Shown piece after piece: positions 45,770 through 55,407 of a stretch of DNA of 64,000 nucleotides (its first letter is position 1; every line of letters starts with the position of its first letter). The stretch covers positions 3,964 to 67,963 of the forward strand of contig CAXAFE010000012.1 in NCBI GenBank assembly GCA_963968165.1, written 5' to 3'. The position numbers and the translations under genes were made by a program. The notes below the pieces were generated by a model that did no database searches, was not told where the DNA came from, and worked only from the letters and a program-made list of their open reading frames with translations. Source of the DNA: an uncultured Candidatus Poseidoniales archaeon. GTDB lineage: Archaea; Thermoplasmatota; Poseidoniia; Poseidoniales; Thalassarchaeaceae.

Positions 45770-46753
45770 TCATTCCGAAATAAAGTTTGAAGCAGTACCA
45801 ATAATTCTCATTGGAAAGGCATCTAATTGAACAATTAAAATCTTATTATTTTGATTTTTACGTATCCATACTGGATTATCCCATTCGACAATTAATTCAT
45901 GCCCAATTATATTCTTAATTCTGCCCACATTAAATTGTAAATCTGAAGAAATATGAATAATATCATCTTTCTTTAAAATTTTTTTCTGAAAGGGAGTGAT
46001 GTCTAATGTCAATTTTGAAATACTAAATTCCTGCATTACTTCGGATTTATTGTGGACTATGATACATCCTTTCTCTAAAGCTTCTTCCCTCATATTCCTA
46101 ATTGCTAAACCGACTCTATCGCCAGATTTAGCGTATGAAACATCGTCATCCATAACTTGTAAACTTCTAACCACACCTTCTTCACCTAAAGGCATGGCCT
46201 GAATTGAATCATGCTTCCTTATTATTCCTGATTGGACGTAACCTATACCTACTAAACCTATTCCTTGAACTACGAAATGTTGATCTATTGGGATTATTAA
46301 TGGTTCTTCTGCATCAGAATAATCATCGAACATATCAAAAATTAACGACCTTATTTCATTGGAGTCGATCATAGATGGAGATATTTGCCATGGTAGTCCC
46401 GATTGTTCTAAAATCAGTTTAATTTGCTCCTCATCTATCCAAGTTCCTTCTTCAGGATTTATTATTATCAGACCTTTATTTATGCCTGCACATGCAAATG
46501 CCACAATTATTTCTCCCAGGGCAGCATCAATTTTAGAAACTTCAATTATGCCTGCCTTGGCAACATTAAGGACGGATAGTAGTGGCCTGATACTATCAGG
46601 ATGTTTTAATGGCCTAAGGAAAGAAATTATCCTTGACTCTTCGCCAGTTCCTTCCTTAAACACATACGACTCGATATCCCTAACATCGCTCCTTTTTCCG
46701 ACGCTTCTAGCAAAATTTTCTGATCCCAATAATGCTACATTGAGTACCGGCAC
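45770..46753 (-). CDS. EF-Tu/SelB-like translation-factor paralog with degenerate GTPase motifs
   Basis: The domain-II beta-barrel pattern is VVQGIGLVGIGYVQSGIIRKHDSI...GDRVGLAIR. The N-terminal region aligns positionally with a G domain but lacks GxxxxGK[ST], DxxG and NKxD. Confidence 0.6.
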   Translation of the reverse strand: MPVLNVALLGSENFARSVGKRSDVRDIESYVFKEGTGEESRIISFLRPLKHPDSIRPLLSVLNVAKAGIIEVSKIDAALGEIIVAFACAGINKGLIIINPEEGTWIDEEQIKLILEQSGLPWQISPSMIDSNEIRSLIFDMFDDYSDAEEPLIIPIDQHFVVQGIGLVGIGYVQSGIIRKHDSIQAMPLGEEGVVRSLQVMDDDVSYAKSGDRVGLAIRNMREEALEKGCIIVHNKSEVMQEFSISKLTLDITPFQKKILKKDDIIHISSDLQFNVGRIKNIIGHELIVEWDNPVWIRKNQNNKILIVQLDAFPMRIIGTASNFISE

Positions 46754-46800
46754 GCCAATGCCAGAATAATTACCTTGTTGAATTAACTGGTTGGAGATAT

Positions 46801-47250
46801 CTATTTCATAGCTTCTCTAGCATATTTTGCTAAATTCCACAATTTCTTTTCTTCATCAGAATTAGGATTAAATTGTGGTATTTCTATAGCATTCATAGAT
46901 TCATCTATTGCAACCATGAAAAAGAATCCTGAGCATATTTCATCGCCCTCCCATTCTGACCGCGACATCCTGCATGAAGTGACATGAATTCCTGCCGTAC
47001 GAGGAGAAGTCCACACTACTCTTGCAGTTGTCCTAATTATATCTCCTTGATATGCTGGTTTCCTAAATTTTAAAGCATCTACGGATATAGTAACGAATTC
47101 TCTATGAGCGAACTTGGAAGCTGCCATTCCTGCACCAGTATCCATGATGCTCATTAGATGTCCTCCAAAAAGTGTATTGAGTGCATTTGTGTGACCTGGA
47201 AATACTTCATTGAGAAGTACTACTGGCTCAAGTGAGTACGGGCTTTCCAT
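46801..47250 (-). CDS. Acyl-CoA thioesterase (hotdog fold)
   Basis: HTNALNTLFGGHLMSIMD matches the acyl-CoA hydrolase hotdog signature. 149 aa. Confidence 0.8.
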   Translation of the reverse strand: MESPYSLEPVVLLNEVFPGHTNALNTLFGGHLMSIMDTGAGMAASKFAHREFVTISVDALKFRKPAYQGDIIRTTARVVWTSPRTAGIHVTSCRMSRSEWEGDEICSGFFFMVAIDESMNAIEIPQFNPNSDEEKKLWNLAKYAREAMK

Positions 47251-47359
47251 GTTATCAATAATCCACGTGCAGTCATCCTCCTTGAATATTACAGTATAAT
47301 TTTTTCAAAAATACTCTTTTCAACAGTTTATTTGAATCGGGGTAGCCCTTCCGCGAACT

Positions 47360-48148
47360 GTGGATAATTCTAAATTGACGTGGGAGGCAATAAATTATGA
47401 TGATCCTCTTGGTGGAAAAATAATTTTATGGCCTCACTTGCCATGCATAATGATGCCTACAAAAATGAGAGTAAAAAATTGGGATGGATTAGCATTGTTA
47501 TATTCATCGGATGATATCGCAGTACTTAGGAAAGAGGATGAATTAGAAATAAAAAATCCAGGAGTAAATGTTCAAGCTGTTATGGCTTCGGGATCAAGTA
47601 TGAATATGTTATTGAAGGATATTCAAGTTTTGGATGTTGAAGGGCCGAAAATTCCTGATCCGGAACCAACAAGGCTATTACATCATGCTGAGAATTCAAG
47701 AAATAGGCCTATCTATCCCATAATACCAAATATTGATGATAAAAAATGGGAAGAATGGTATATAGGATGCGCAGATAATCAAGTAAAGGTATCAAACCTA
47801 CTAGGGACCTTGACGCGTTCCCGTAGATTTAATAAGAATAAATTAATTACGATGAAAAATATTCAGAAATCAAAATATGTAAATTCACATTTAGGCGCTG
47901 CATCTGCATCTTGTGCCTCCTGGTGGATTGAAGATCATAGAGGACTTACTGATTATTTAATTAACGAGCGAGATAAAAGGTTTGCCTCAAGAATAAGAGG
48001 GGCATTGTCTGATTTAAGGAATAGAAGAGTTGATTTAAGTTTGGTCTCTGAGCCAATATTATTAGTACCAGTACATCAAGCACATTTGTCTACATTGGCT
48101 AATGCTGTGAATGAATGTAATAAAATTGAAGAAATTAATAGGATATGA
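47360..48148 (+). CDS. Hypothetical protein, weak TraB/PrgY-like C-terminal similarity
   Basis: GTG start. The C-terminal NERDKRFASRIRGAL...LLVPVHQAHL resembles the ERD...GxxH end of the TraB family, but the N-terminal half does not. Confidence 0.35.
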   Translation: MDNSKLTWEAINYDDPLGGKIILWPHLPCIMMPTKMRVKNWDGLALLYSSDDIAVLRKEDELEIKNPGVNVQAVMASGSSMNMLLKDIQVLDVEGPKIPDPEPTRLLHHAENSRNRPIYPIIPNIDDKKWEEWYIGCADNQVKVSNLLGTLTRSRRFNKNKLITMKNIQKSKYVNSHLGAASASCASWWIEDHRGLTDYLINERDKRFASRIRGALSDLRNRRVDLSLVSEPILLVPVHQAHLSTLANAVNECNKIEEINRI

Positions 48149-48152
48149 AAAT

Positions 48153-48680
48153 ATGAGTATAAAAGAGGATTCATTTAGTATAGAAACACAAACTTTCAAA
48201 TTTACTCCTCATAGAAATATTAATCATGAAGATGTAATTTTGTCAGGCAAGGGAATTAAAAATGGAGATTATGTTATAGTCGCTAATGAAAGTCCGAAGT
48301 CAACTTTGGTCATAGAACCCACAGGAGGAATAATTGTTCATAATATTTCAAGACAAGAAGTTGCTAGAATAATAGTTCAGAAGTTCCTTTTAAGTATTGG
48401 AATGTCTGAAGAAAATTTAAAGTTGGAAAGAGGAGAAATTTTACTTAAGTTTTCACTCGGGAAATCAGTTTTACTGGAGTTGGCAGAAGATAGGTTTGTA
48501 GACATAGAGTTGGATGAACAAATCAGTGCTCTCAGAATAAATGCAAAAAGACATAATTGTAGGATAATTTTATTTAATAATGGCAAAGGTGTTGTTTTGG
48601 GCCAATCTTCAAAGAGAGTTGCAGAATTAGCAACTAACTACTGGCTTGAACAGCTTGAAAAAGAAGGCGCATTGGCTTGA
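48153..48680 (+). CDS. Hypothetical protein with two TBP-like pseudo-repeats
   Basis: I prefer ATG at 48153, 5 nt after the upstream stop. The internal repeat GGIIVHNISRQEVARIIVQKFL / GKGVVLGQSSKRVAELATNYWL is reminiscent of the TBP-fold pattern GKIVxTGAKS. Confidence 0.35.
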   Translation: MSIKEDSFSIETQTFKFTPHRNINHEDVILSGKGIKNGDYVIVANESPKSTLVIEPTGGIIVHNISRQEVARIIVQKFLLSIGMSEENLKLERGEILLKFSLGKSVLLELAEDRFVDIELDEQISALRINAKRHNCRIILFNNGKGVVLGQSSKRVAELATNYWLEQLEKEGALA

Positions 48681-48684
48681 GAAT

Positions 48685-49563
48685 ATGCTGGATGATGGTG
48701 TTTGGAAGGGCCGAATAATTGATCAACATATCCATTTAGATATTAAGAATAGATTCTTATCCGCCATAGATGAATTTTGTAATTCAGGGGGTACTGATAT
48801 AAATTTGGTGCATAAGCCTGATTTTAATAATCTTCCAAGAAGTATAAAAGAATATCAGGTAGCTTATAATTCTACTTTAGAGATGGCAGAGATAGTTAGG
48901 AGTAAATATGATATTGGTGTAAATGCTATACTTGGGCCGCATCCAGTTGCATGGGAAAAGCAATTGAAATCACTGGGTATTGAACAATCTACAAACCTAC
49001 ACATCGAAGCAGTAGAACTAGCCATAGATCACATAAAAGAAAAAGATGCTGTTTGTCTCGGTGAAGTAGGTAGGCCACATTATCCCGTTGATGAGAATAC
49101 ATGGAGATTAGCAAATAAATTACTTTTGAAAGTTATGAAAAGAGCTGCAGTTGACAAAATTAGTATTCAACTTCATGTAGAAAATAATGGTATCGAAACA
49201 TATTCTGATTTATCAAAAATGTGTAAAATATCAGGTTTGCCCAAAGAAAGAGCAATACGGCATTTTGCTCCTTCGGACTTAAGATTTAGCTTTACTCATG
49301 GAATTAGTTCGACCATAAATGTAGGCAAGGGAAGCATAGCAAAAATCATTGAAACAATTTCCAAATCGGATTCTTACTGGGGGATGGAAACTGACTATTT
49401 AGATGACCCTGTACGCCCTGGTGCGGTTCTTGGTCCAAGAACAGTTCCAAAAAGGACACAGGAGTTAACAAGAGAGCTTTGGAAATCTGATTACTCCGAT
49501 AATGAGATTAATAAAATATTACAAGACATTCACATAAATTGGCCTAATAAATTGTATTCATAA
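48685..49563 (+). CDS. TatD-related metal-dependent hydrolase
   Basis: I prefer ATG at 48685, 5 nt after the upstream stop. N-terminal IIDQHIHLD metal motif, with later GEVGRPHYP and QLHVE blocks. Confidence 0.65.
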   Translation: MLDDGVWKGRIIDQHIHLDIKNRFLSAIDEFCNSGGTDINLVHKPDFNNLPRSIKEYQVAYNSTLEMAEIVRSKYDIGVNAILGPHPVAWEKQLKSLGIEQSTNLHIEAVELAIDHIKEKDAVCLGEVGRPHYPVDENTWRLANKLLLKVMKRAAVDKISIQLHVENNGIETYSDLSKMCKISGLPKERAIRHFAPSDLRFSFTHGISSTINVGKGSIAKIIETISKSDSYWGMETDYLDDPVRPGAVLGPRTVPKRTQELTRELWKSDYSDNEINKILQDIHINWPNKLYS

Positions 49564-49749
49564 TTTTAATTTAGGAGTGAAGGTCATAATACCACCAGTA
49601 ATGAACATCAAAATACAGAACCCAAAAAAGTAAAATTCCCCAATTGGAAGAGATAAATCAAAACTTTCCAAGATCATTCTTAAGAGTGGACCATTTATTG
49701 GGAGAAATGATATCATTAGTAAGATTCCAAGCCTTTGTCTTAGCAGCAT
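49558..49749 (-). CDS. Possible small two-TM membrane protein
   Basis: This is the part of the 104-aa track ORF that does not overlap the tRNA gene. Starts at the internal ATG (MLLRQRLGILLMISF...). Weak support. Confidence 0.25.
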   Translation of the reverse strand: MLLRQRLGILLMISFLPINGPLLRMILESFDLSLPIGEFYFFGFCILMFITGGIMTFTPKLKL

Positions 49750-49828
49750 ATGTTTACCGAGATGGTTGGAGCATTTGAATAAATGTGACCGAATTAGTTT
49801 TGAAAGAACAATCCTTGGATGCACATAA

Positions 49829-49903
49829 GCGCCTGTGGTGAAGGGGTTATCACCTGAGGTTTCCAACCTCATGTCCTGGGTTCAAATCCCAGCGGGCGCA
49901 CCA
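49829..49903 (+). tRNA. tRNA-Gly: tRNA-Gly (anticodon UCC), CCA encoded
   Basis: Manual cloverleaf: acceptor GCGCCUG/CGGGCGC, D stem GUGA/UCAC, anticodon stem UGAGG/CCUCA with loop UUUCCAA, T arm CUGGG-UUCAAAU-CCCAG, discriminator A plus CCA. A T-run follows at ~49916. Confidence 0.95.
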
Positions 49904-49961
49904 TAAAAAAATGAAGTTTTTCATCTGATGTATTGAAACACCTTTCGCCCTCCGACATCAT

Positions 49962-51848
49962 ATGTCTGAGCAGCAAGGTACCCAGAAGACCGAGACAATA
50001 GGAATAAGTAAGGATGATTCAGACCTTCTTGACGAAAAGCAAATAGTTGGAAGAAAAATTTGGAGAATTGTGCCTTATCTCAAAACATATTGGAGAAGGG
50101 CACTTGGTGGAGTGATTACTAATGGCATAGCTAGAGCATTTGACCTAATACCATTTATCGCAATAGGTATGGCTGCGGATTATTACAGAGATAAAACTTT
50201 CACAGATAGTACGATTGAAAAGTTTGTGACATGGGATGTTTTGCCTTCACTGGGGCCGATGAGTTCGATAGAATTTGGTTTTGGTTTCTTGATTCTTATT
50301 TGTTTTACCTTTCTAGCTATTTTCCAGGGGCTTAGTAATCAGCTTTGGCAATCAACTGCATATATGGCTCAACATGATATTAGAATGGATGCAACAGATT
50401 CATTAATGGCCATGGAAGCTTCCTATTTTGAAAATAGGCAAACTGGTAATTTAATGTCTGTTTTATCTGCTGATGTGGCTCAATTAGAGGACATAATATC
50501 TGATGCTAGCACAAGTATGATTCGACTAATAATGACATTCGCGACCGCTTTCGGCATAATGTTTTGGATGTCACCAACTTTAGCATTGATATTATTCGTT
50601 CCCCTTACATTGATAATACCCATGGTAGTTTGGTTTTCAACTCGTGTTCAACGTAAATACCGGAGAACTAGAGAGAGTACAGGAGGAATAGTCGCAATTT
50701 TGGAAAATGTATTATCCGGCATCACTGTTGTTCAAGCATATAATGCTACAAGTTTTGAAAGTTCTAGAATAGGCAGACAAAGCGGAGATTACCGTGATCA
50801 ATCAATTTCTGCTGCATCTGTGAGAAATCGGTTTATCCCTGGAATCTATATTGTGGCAGGAATATCATTTGGACTCCTAGTTTCAGCAGGAGGTTGGGTC
50901 ATGGAGTCTGGCGAGATTACGGTAGGTCAGTTTGTAACATTCCTTCTTATTTCTACAAGAATGACTATGCCGATGTTCATTTTAGGGATGTTACTAAATC
51001 AACTTCAAAAGGGCGAGGCTGCATCTAAGAGAGTATTTGCGTTAATAGATCTAGAACCGTCCATATATGATAAAAAGGGTGCTATAGAGTTAGATGGCCC
51101 TATAACGACTATTTCTTTTGATAACGTAACTTTTTCATATCCATCTTCGGAGGGAAATGTTCTAAGCAGTATTTCTTTTGAAGCTGTATCTGGAGATTTT
51201 TTAGGAGTTATGGGGCACACAGGTGCAGGAAAAAGTACTATTCTAAAATTATTAGAAAGATTTTATGAACCTCAAAATGGAAATATTTTAATTAATGGTG
51301 TTGATATAAATGAATATGCGATAAAATCCATCAGGAAAAGGATTGGATTTGTGTCCCAAGAGCCATTTTTGTTTTTTGGGACTCTTCGAGAAAATATAGC
51401 ATATGCTCGACATGCAACCGACCAAGAAATAAGGGCCGCACTAGAAACCGCGGGTGCGTGGGAATTTACTTCAAAACTTCCACAGGGAATTGATACCATG
51501 GTTGGAGATCGGGGAGTAATGCTATCTGGGGGGCAGAGAGCGCGGATAAGTCTAGCAAGAGCTTTGCTGAACAATCCTGATCTACTTATTCTAGACGAGG
51601 CAAGTGCTGCTTTGGATGCTGAGACAGAAAAAAGGATTCAACAATCACTATTTGGCGGATCTGAGGGAGATAAAAAGAGAATAACGATTGCAGTTGCGCA
51701 TCGATTGGCCACCATTAGAAATTCAGATGAAATAATAGCACTTGTTGATGGTGCAATTGTAGAAAGGGGTACGCATAATTCCTTGATATCTAATAATAAT
51801 GTTTATGCGTCTCAGTGGTCTATCCAAACAGGAGAACTTGATAGTTAG
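49962..51848 (+). CDS. ABC exporter, fused transmembrane and ATPase domains (MsbA/multidrug type)
   Basis: Six-TM N-half. NBD motifs are GHTGAGKST, LSGGQRARISLARAL and LILDEASAALD. Confidence 0.9.
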   Translation: MSEQQGTQKTETIGISKDDSDLLDEKQIVGRKIWRIVPYLKTYWRRALGGVITNGIARAFDLIPFIAIGMAADYYRDKTFTDSTIEKFVTWDVLPSLGPMSSIEFGFGFLILICFTFLAIFQGLSNQLWQSTAYMAQHDIRMDATDSLMAMEASYFENRQTGNLMSVLSADVAQLEDIISDASTSMIRLIMTFATAFGIMFWMSPTLALILFVPLTLIIPMVVWFSTRVQRKYRRTRESTGGIVAILENVLSGITVVQAYNATSFESSRIGRQSGDYRDQSISAASVRNRFIPGIYIVAGISFGLLVSAGGWVMESGEITVGQFVTFLLISTRMTMPMFILGMLLNQLQKGEAASKRVFALIDLEPSIYDKKGAIELDGPITTISFDNVTFSYPSSEGNVLSSISFEAVSGDFLGVMGHTGAGKSTILKLLERFYEPQNGNILINGVDINEYAIKSIRKRIGFVSQEPFLFFGTLRENIAYARHATDQEIRAALETAGAWEFTSKLPQGIDTMVGDRGVMLSGGQRARISLARALLNNPDLLILDEASAALDAETEKRIQQSLFGGSEGDKKRITIAVAHRLATIRNSDEIIALVDGAIVERGTHNSLISNNNVYASQWSIQTGELDS

Positions 51849-51859
51849 GAGGCATACTA

Positions 51860-52543
51860 GTGGGAATCACTTGGGAAAAGGTAACACCTGGAACTATAAT
51901 TTTAGGCTCAAATGATAGATCGGTATTATTTGGAGGGATTGGCCCTAGGCATGAAAATGTTATAAAATATAATTATGAAATATCACATTTCCCCATTGAG
52001 AAGAATAAAGCAAACGAATTAATCGATTTAGAAGAATATTTTTTAGCATCTGAGGCTGAATGGGAATTAGCAAAAAAACAAAATAGAATATTTGGCGATA
52101 ATGAAGTAGAAGAATTAGGAGATAAGATTAGAAGTTCTTATTGGAATAAACAATGCGATGGGCGGATATTTATAGATGACAATTGGGTGATGAAGGTTGG
52201 ACGTGAATGGAAAAATGGAGTTTCGAAGCCAGTATATCTTGGAAAGGATGAAGATACTCAGGATTTTGTCAGAATTGTAAAGAAAAAAAAATGTGATACA
52301 AATACTCATAAAGTTCTTCCCAAAAATAGAGATATATCTAGGTTGTTAATTGAAGAAATTGTAATTTCATTGGTATTTGGAATATTACCTTCATTCATAT
52401 GGGCATATTTTAATGCTAGTGGAAATTACATAATAGAGGGATGGTTGAATCTAACATTTGGGGGAATTTTTATTGGATTTTTCACCATAATTTTCTGGAG
52501 ACCTAAGACTAAAACATATAAAATAAATGATTTCAATATTTAG
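51860..52543 (+). CDS. Hypothetical protein with C-terminal TM anchors, weak FGE/SUMF1-like motif
   Basis: GTG start. LASEAEWELAKK resembles the FGE-sulfatase LPTEAEWEYAAR block. There are two C-terminal hydrophobic helices. Confidence 0.3.
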   Translation: MGITWEKVTPGTIILGSNDRSVLFGGIGPRHENVIKYNYEISHFPIEKNKANELIDLEEYFLASEAEWELAKKQNRIFGDNEVEELGDKIRSSYWNKQCDGRIFIDDNWVMKVGREWKNGVSKPVYLGKDEDTQDFVRIVKKKKCDTNTHKVLPKNRDISRLLIEEIVISLVFGILPSFIWAYFNASGNYIIEGWLNLTFGGIFIGFFTIIFWRPKTKTYKINDFNI

Positions 52544-52550
52544 CTAATTA

Positions 52551-53675
52551 TTAACGCACCCTATCATCAACTTGGAGTCCAGGCTTTCCCCTGAATATTC
52601 TAAGTCTCCCATATAAGAATCCCATTCCATAATTCCAATGAAGTATGTAGGCTATTAAAGGAGAAAAGAATATAGTTGTCTTTAATTTTGATGGTGAATG
52701 GCCTTTCCATGAGCCATACCATGCAATTAAAATATATACAATAATCAAAGTTGGTAACAGATGGGCGCTTATTCGTGGACCCGCTAGGGGGATTCTGGAT
52801 AGTCGTATATCCCAAAAGTCTGGCCATGCTATTCCTCCACTTAGGGCCCCCCAGAAAAAAAGTATAAATGAAAATACCACAATTGGAGGGAAAAATGATA
52901 CTGCTGTATGCATGGGAGATTTTAACTCTGGATATTCATGGCTTGCTAAGGCTCTAACCATTCCATAATTTCTTATTTGTTTTTTTACTCTAGAGATATT
53001 TCTTCTTCTGTGCCATATTATAGCATTTTTGTCAGTCCATAATTTATTGCCATTCTTACATATCCTATAATCTAACATCACATCTTCAGCACCAATCGCG
53101 CCTTCATCGAAACCTCCAACTTCTTCAATAACTGACCTTCTATAGCTACTATTTACTCCGGGTAATTGATTTGTTTCTTCTAATTCTTCACTCCCAAAGT
53201 TTCCATAATTAGTTCCTGATGTAAAAATTGTACTACAAAAAGTTACATCAATTACTTTTTGCCAAAAAGTTGACTCTTCGATGGGCGCAAAATTTGGACC
53301 ACCAACGCCAGCTACATCATCATCAGAGTACCATTTTAGAATTGACTCTGCCCAATTTTTTGGAACTATTACATCATCATCAGTAAATAGTATTATATCA
53401 GAATTAGTTTTTTCTATTGCTACATTACATGCATCCGCTCTATTTTTGGATCCATCATCATCTATAAATCTTATACCTTTGTCTTCTGTGATTGATTGCC
53501 CGGGGTCATTTTTTGGGCCTACTACCACAATTTCATCTATTTTCATAGTTTGATTCAGAAGCCCGTCTAACACTACACCTAATTCTACAGGATTATTTAC
53601 ACTGGGAATAATCACACATGTAGTGGATTTCATTGATAACGCCATCCGGTACTCATTCAAGAGTTCACGGGTCAT
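52551..53675 (-). CDS. Family 2 glycosyltransferase with C-terminal membrane domain
   Basis: VIIPSVNNP start of the GT-A fold, acidic FTDDDV motif, and four C-terminal TM segments. Confidence 0.8.
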   Translation of the reverse strand: MTRELLNEYRMALSMKSTTCVIIPSVNNPVELGVVLDGLLNQTMKIDEIVVVGPKNDPGQSITEDKGIRFIDDDGSKNRADACNVAIEKTNSDIILFTDDDVIVPKNWAESILKWYSDDDVAGVGGPNFAPIEESTFWQKVIDVTFCSTIFTSGTNYGNFGSEELEETNQLPGVNSSYRRSVIEEVGGFDEGAIGAEDVMLDYRICKNGNKLWTDKNAIIWHRRRNISRVKKQIRNYGMVRALASHEYPELKSPMHTAVSFFPPIVVFSFILFFWGALSGGIAWPDFWDIRLSRIPLAGPRISAHLLPTLIIVYILIAWYGSWKGHSPSKLKTTIFFSPLIAYILHWNYGMGFLYGRLRIFRGKPGLQVDDRVR

Positions 53676-54414
53676 TTGTTACCCTAGGAGCCAAGAAATA
53701 TGTCCAACTTGCGCCTCCTTGATTACTATTCCAGGTTAACCTTAAGGGATACTTTTCCTGAAATTCTAATGTAACATTTTCTGTTAGCCCACCTGCTAAT
53801 TTTCTTGTCAAGGGGTCTAAAAATTGTAAAGAATATGATGATTGAGTTGGCGACGAGCATACTAATTCGCTTAATTCACCGGATTCGAATCTAACATTAA
53901 CGCCCTCTCCCGCTTCCACTGTTATTGATACTGTCATATGCGTTTGATCGAGACTGAGGTCGACTATTTCGCCAACAAATTTCGCAGCCCTTAGTGAGCG
54001 TGAAAGTCGATCTGATCCAATGGTGGCCTTAGATTTGAAATCTAAACTCGGAATATTGGGATTATTCATAGTTGCTGGATCGACTCCTCGAAGTATTCTA
54101 TGCACTTCTCCAACTCTGACATTTATGGCGCCAAAGGACTCATCATAATCAAGTTCAACTAAGTCGTTAGGCCCCGCCAGAGTCAATAAATCGCGCATTT
54201 TTCCTAACTCAAGGCCGATTTCAACTTGTTCAACTTCATATGTTTCGAAGCATTCGTCTGCTATTGTTGCGGACAGGAGTGCGACGTGTGAACCATCGAC
54301 CACAGTCACATGCAGTCCTTTTTCACCCCAAACTAATTTTGCCTCTTCAGTTAGTACTGAAAGTAGTTCTACAATCTCTCGCATTAATTGTTGTTTAGCA
54401 GTAACTCTTAGCAT
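53665..54414 (-). CDS. pcn: DNA polymerase sliding clamp PCNA
   Basis: I start at Met-69 of the track ORF (MLRVTAKQQLMREIVELLSVL...), which gives 249 aa, the usual PCNA size. That removes the overlap with tfs. The two-domain beta-clamp pattern is present. Confidence 0.85.
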   Translation of the reverse strand: MLRVTAKQQLMREIVELLSVLTEEAKLVWGEKGLHVTVVDGSHVALLSATIADECFETYEVEQVEIGLELGKMRDLLTLAGPNDLVELDYDESFGAINVRVGEVHRILRGVDPATMNNPNIPSLDFKSKATIGSDRLSRSLRAAKFVGEIVDLSLDQTHMTVSITVEAGEGVNVRFESGELSELVCSSPTQSSYSLQFLDPLTRKLAGGLTENVTLEFQEKYPLRLTWNSNQGGASWTYFLAPRVTNDP

Positions 54415-54481
54415 ACACACACCTACTTTTGCTGGTACAAGTCGGAGGTTATTGATAGTTCTTGAAGTTTGTAGTAAGAAA

Positions 54482-54862
54482 TCACTGATATTCTCGCCAT
54501 TTCTTCCCACATTTTTCACAAGTACACATTTTAGTTTCGGGCTCATCAGAGGATCTTGTTTGCTGCATCCAAACATAAACTCTGTTCTCCTCACAAGTTG
54601 GACAGATGTAATCTCCAACCCTTAAAGTTCCTCTTGCAACTTCTTCTTCTACTACTTCTGTTAAGTGCTTTAATGATTTGGTAGCATTTTTTGCTGTGGC
54701 ATTTGTTAAATCAATTTCTTCTCCCGTCATAGGATCAATGAATTTTCCACCTTTACCGTCGGGACCTGATAGAGGGCCTTCATAACCACATTTATAATCG
54801 GGACATTTTATATTATTCTTTGAATCAGGAAAAGATAGGGCACCACATATTGGACAAAACAA
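54482..54862 (-). CDS. tfs: Transcription factor S (TFS) / RpoM-like
   Basis: The N-terminal Zn ribbon is CPICG...CPDYKC. The C-terminal TFIIS-type ribbon is CPTC...QQTRSSDEPET...CEKCG, with the acidic loop. Confidence 0.85.
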   Translation of the reverse strand: MFCPICGALSFPDSKNNIKCPDYKCGYEGPLSGPDGKGGKFIDPMTGEEIDLTNATAKNATKSLKHLTEVVEEEVARGTLRVGDYICPTCEENRVYVWMQQTRSSDEPETKMCTCEKCGKKWREYQ

Positions 54863-54953
54863 TTAAATCAAAACTCCTTTCTATTACTATAACCATACTT
54901 CCGTCCATAGAATGATTATTCAATGATTCGATTGAAAGTGCTTAAATCTGTAC

Positions 54954-55328
54954 TTAAGATGAAATTTGAATCATTACTGAATAACCTAGCCAAGATAAAA
55001 AAATGCTTCCCATAATTGTGATTAGAATATATGATAATCCGGAAATATAATTTATTTGTGTAGCCTCTAAGGCTTGAAATGCAAATGTAGACATAGTTGT
55101 AAATGAACCCAGGATTCCTGTACCTAACAGTAAAACTAATTCCTCACTCAAATCTAATCCTGAAGCCAATAAACCAAATAATATTCCTAAAAGTAAGGAC
55201 CCAAGTAAATTGATACTAAGGGTACTTAATATTGTATTATCTCCTGGTATAATAAATGGCAAAATATATCTTAATACGGAACCAATTGCCCCCCCGATGG
55301 CAACTATCGCAATCAACTTGTTTTCCAT
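54954..55328 (-). CDS. crcB: Fluoride ion channel CrcB/FluC
   Basis: I start at the internal ATG (MENKLIAIVAIGGAIGSVLRY), giving 124 aa and four TM helices. The second half carries GSFTTMSTF. Confidence 0.85.
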   Translation of the reverse strand: MENKLIAIVAIGGAIGSVLRYILPFIIPGDNTILSTLSINLLGSLLLGILFGLLASGLDLSEELVLLLGTGILGSFTTMSTFAFQALEATQINYISGLSYILITIMGSIFLSWLGYSVMIQISS

Positions 55329-55407
55329 GTTTACCGATAAGGTATAGTTTTTCATTACTTCGACTAAAATATATTTTCCGTACGGTTCAAGCCTCATAAC
55401 TCCTCGC

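Noticed and set aside
49750-49872. Upstream part of the 104-aa minus-strand ORF
   Set aside because: It overlaps the well-formed tRNA-Gly gene on the opposite strand. Only the downstream hydrophobic part is kept, at low confidence.
54415-54618. 68-aa N-terminal extension of PCNA in the ORF track (317 aa)
   Set aside because: The extension overlaps the tfs coding region and has no PCNA-like sequence. The internal Met gives the canonical ~249-aa clamp.
55329-55407. Fluoride riboswitch upstream of crcB
   Set aside because: The minus-strand leader contains AUGAGGC, similar to part of the crcB motif. I could not find the complementary pseudoknot segment or the rest of the conserved core. The leader is also only ~80 nt and is shared with the divergent nop5 promoter.
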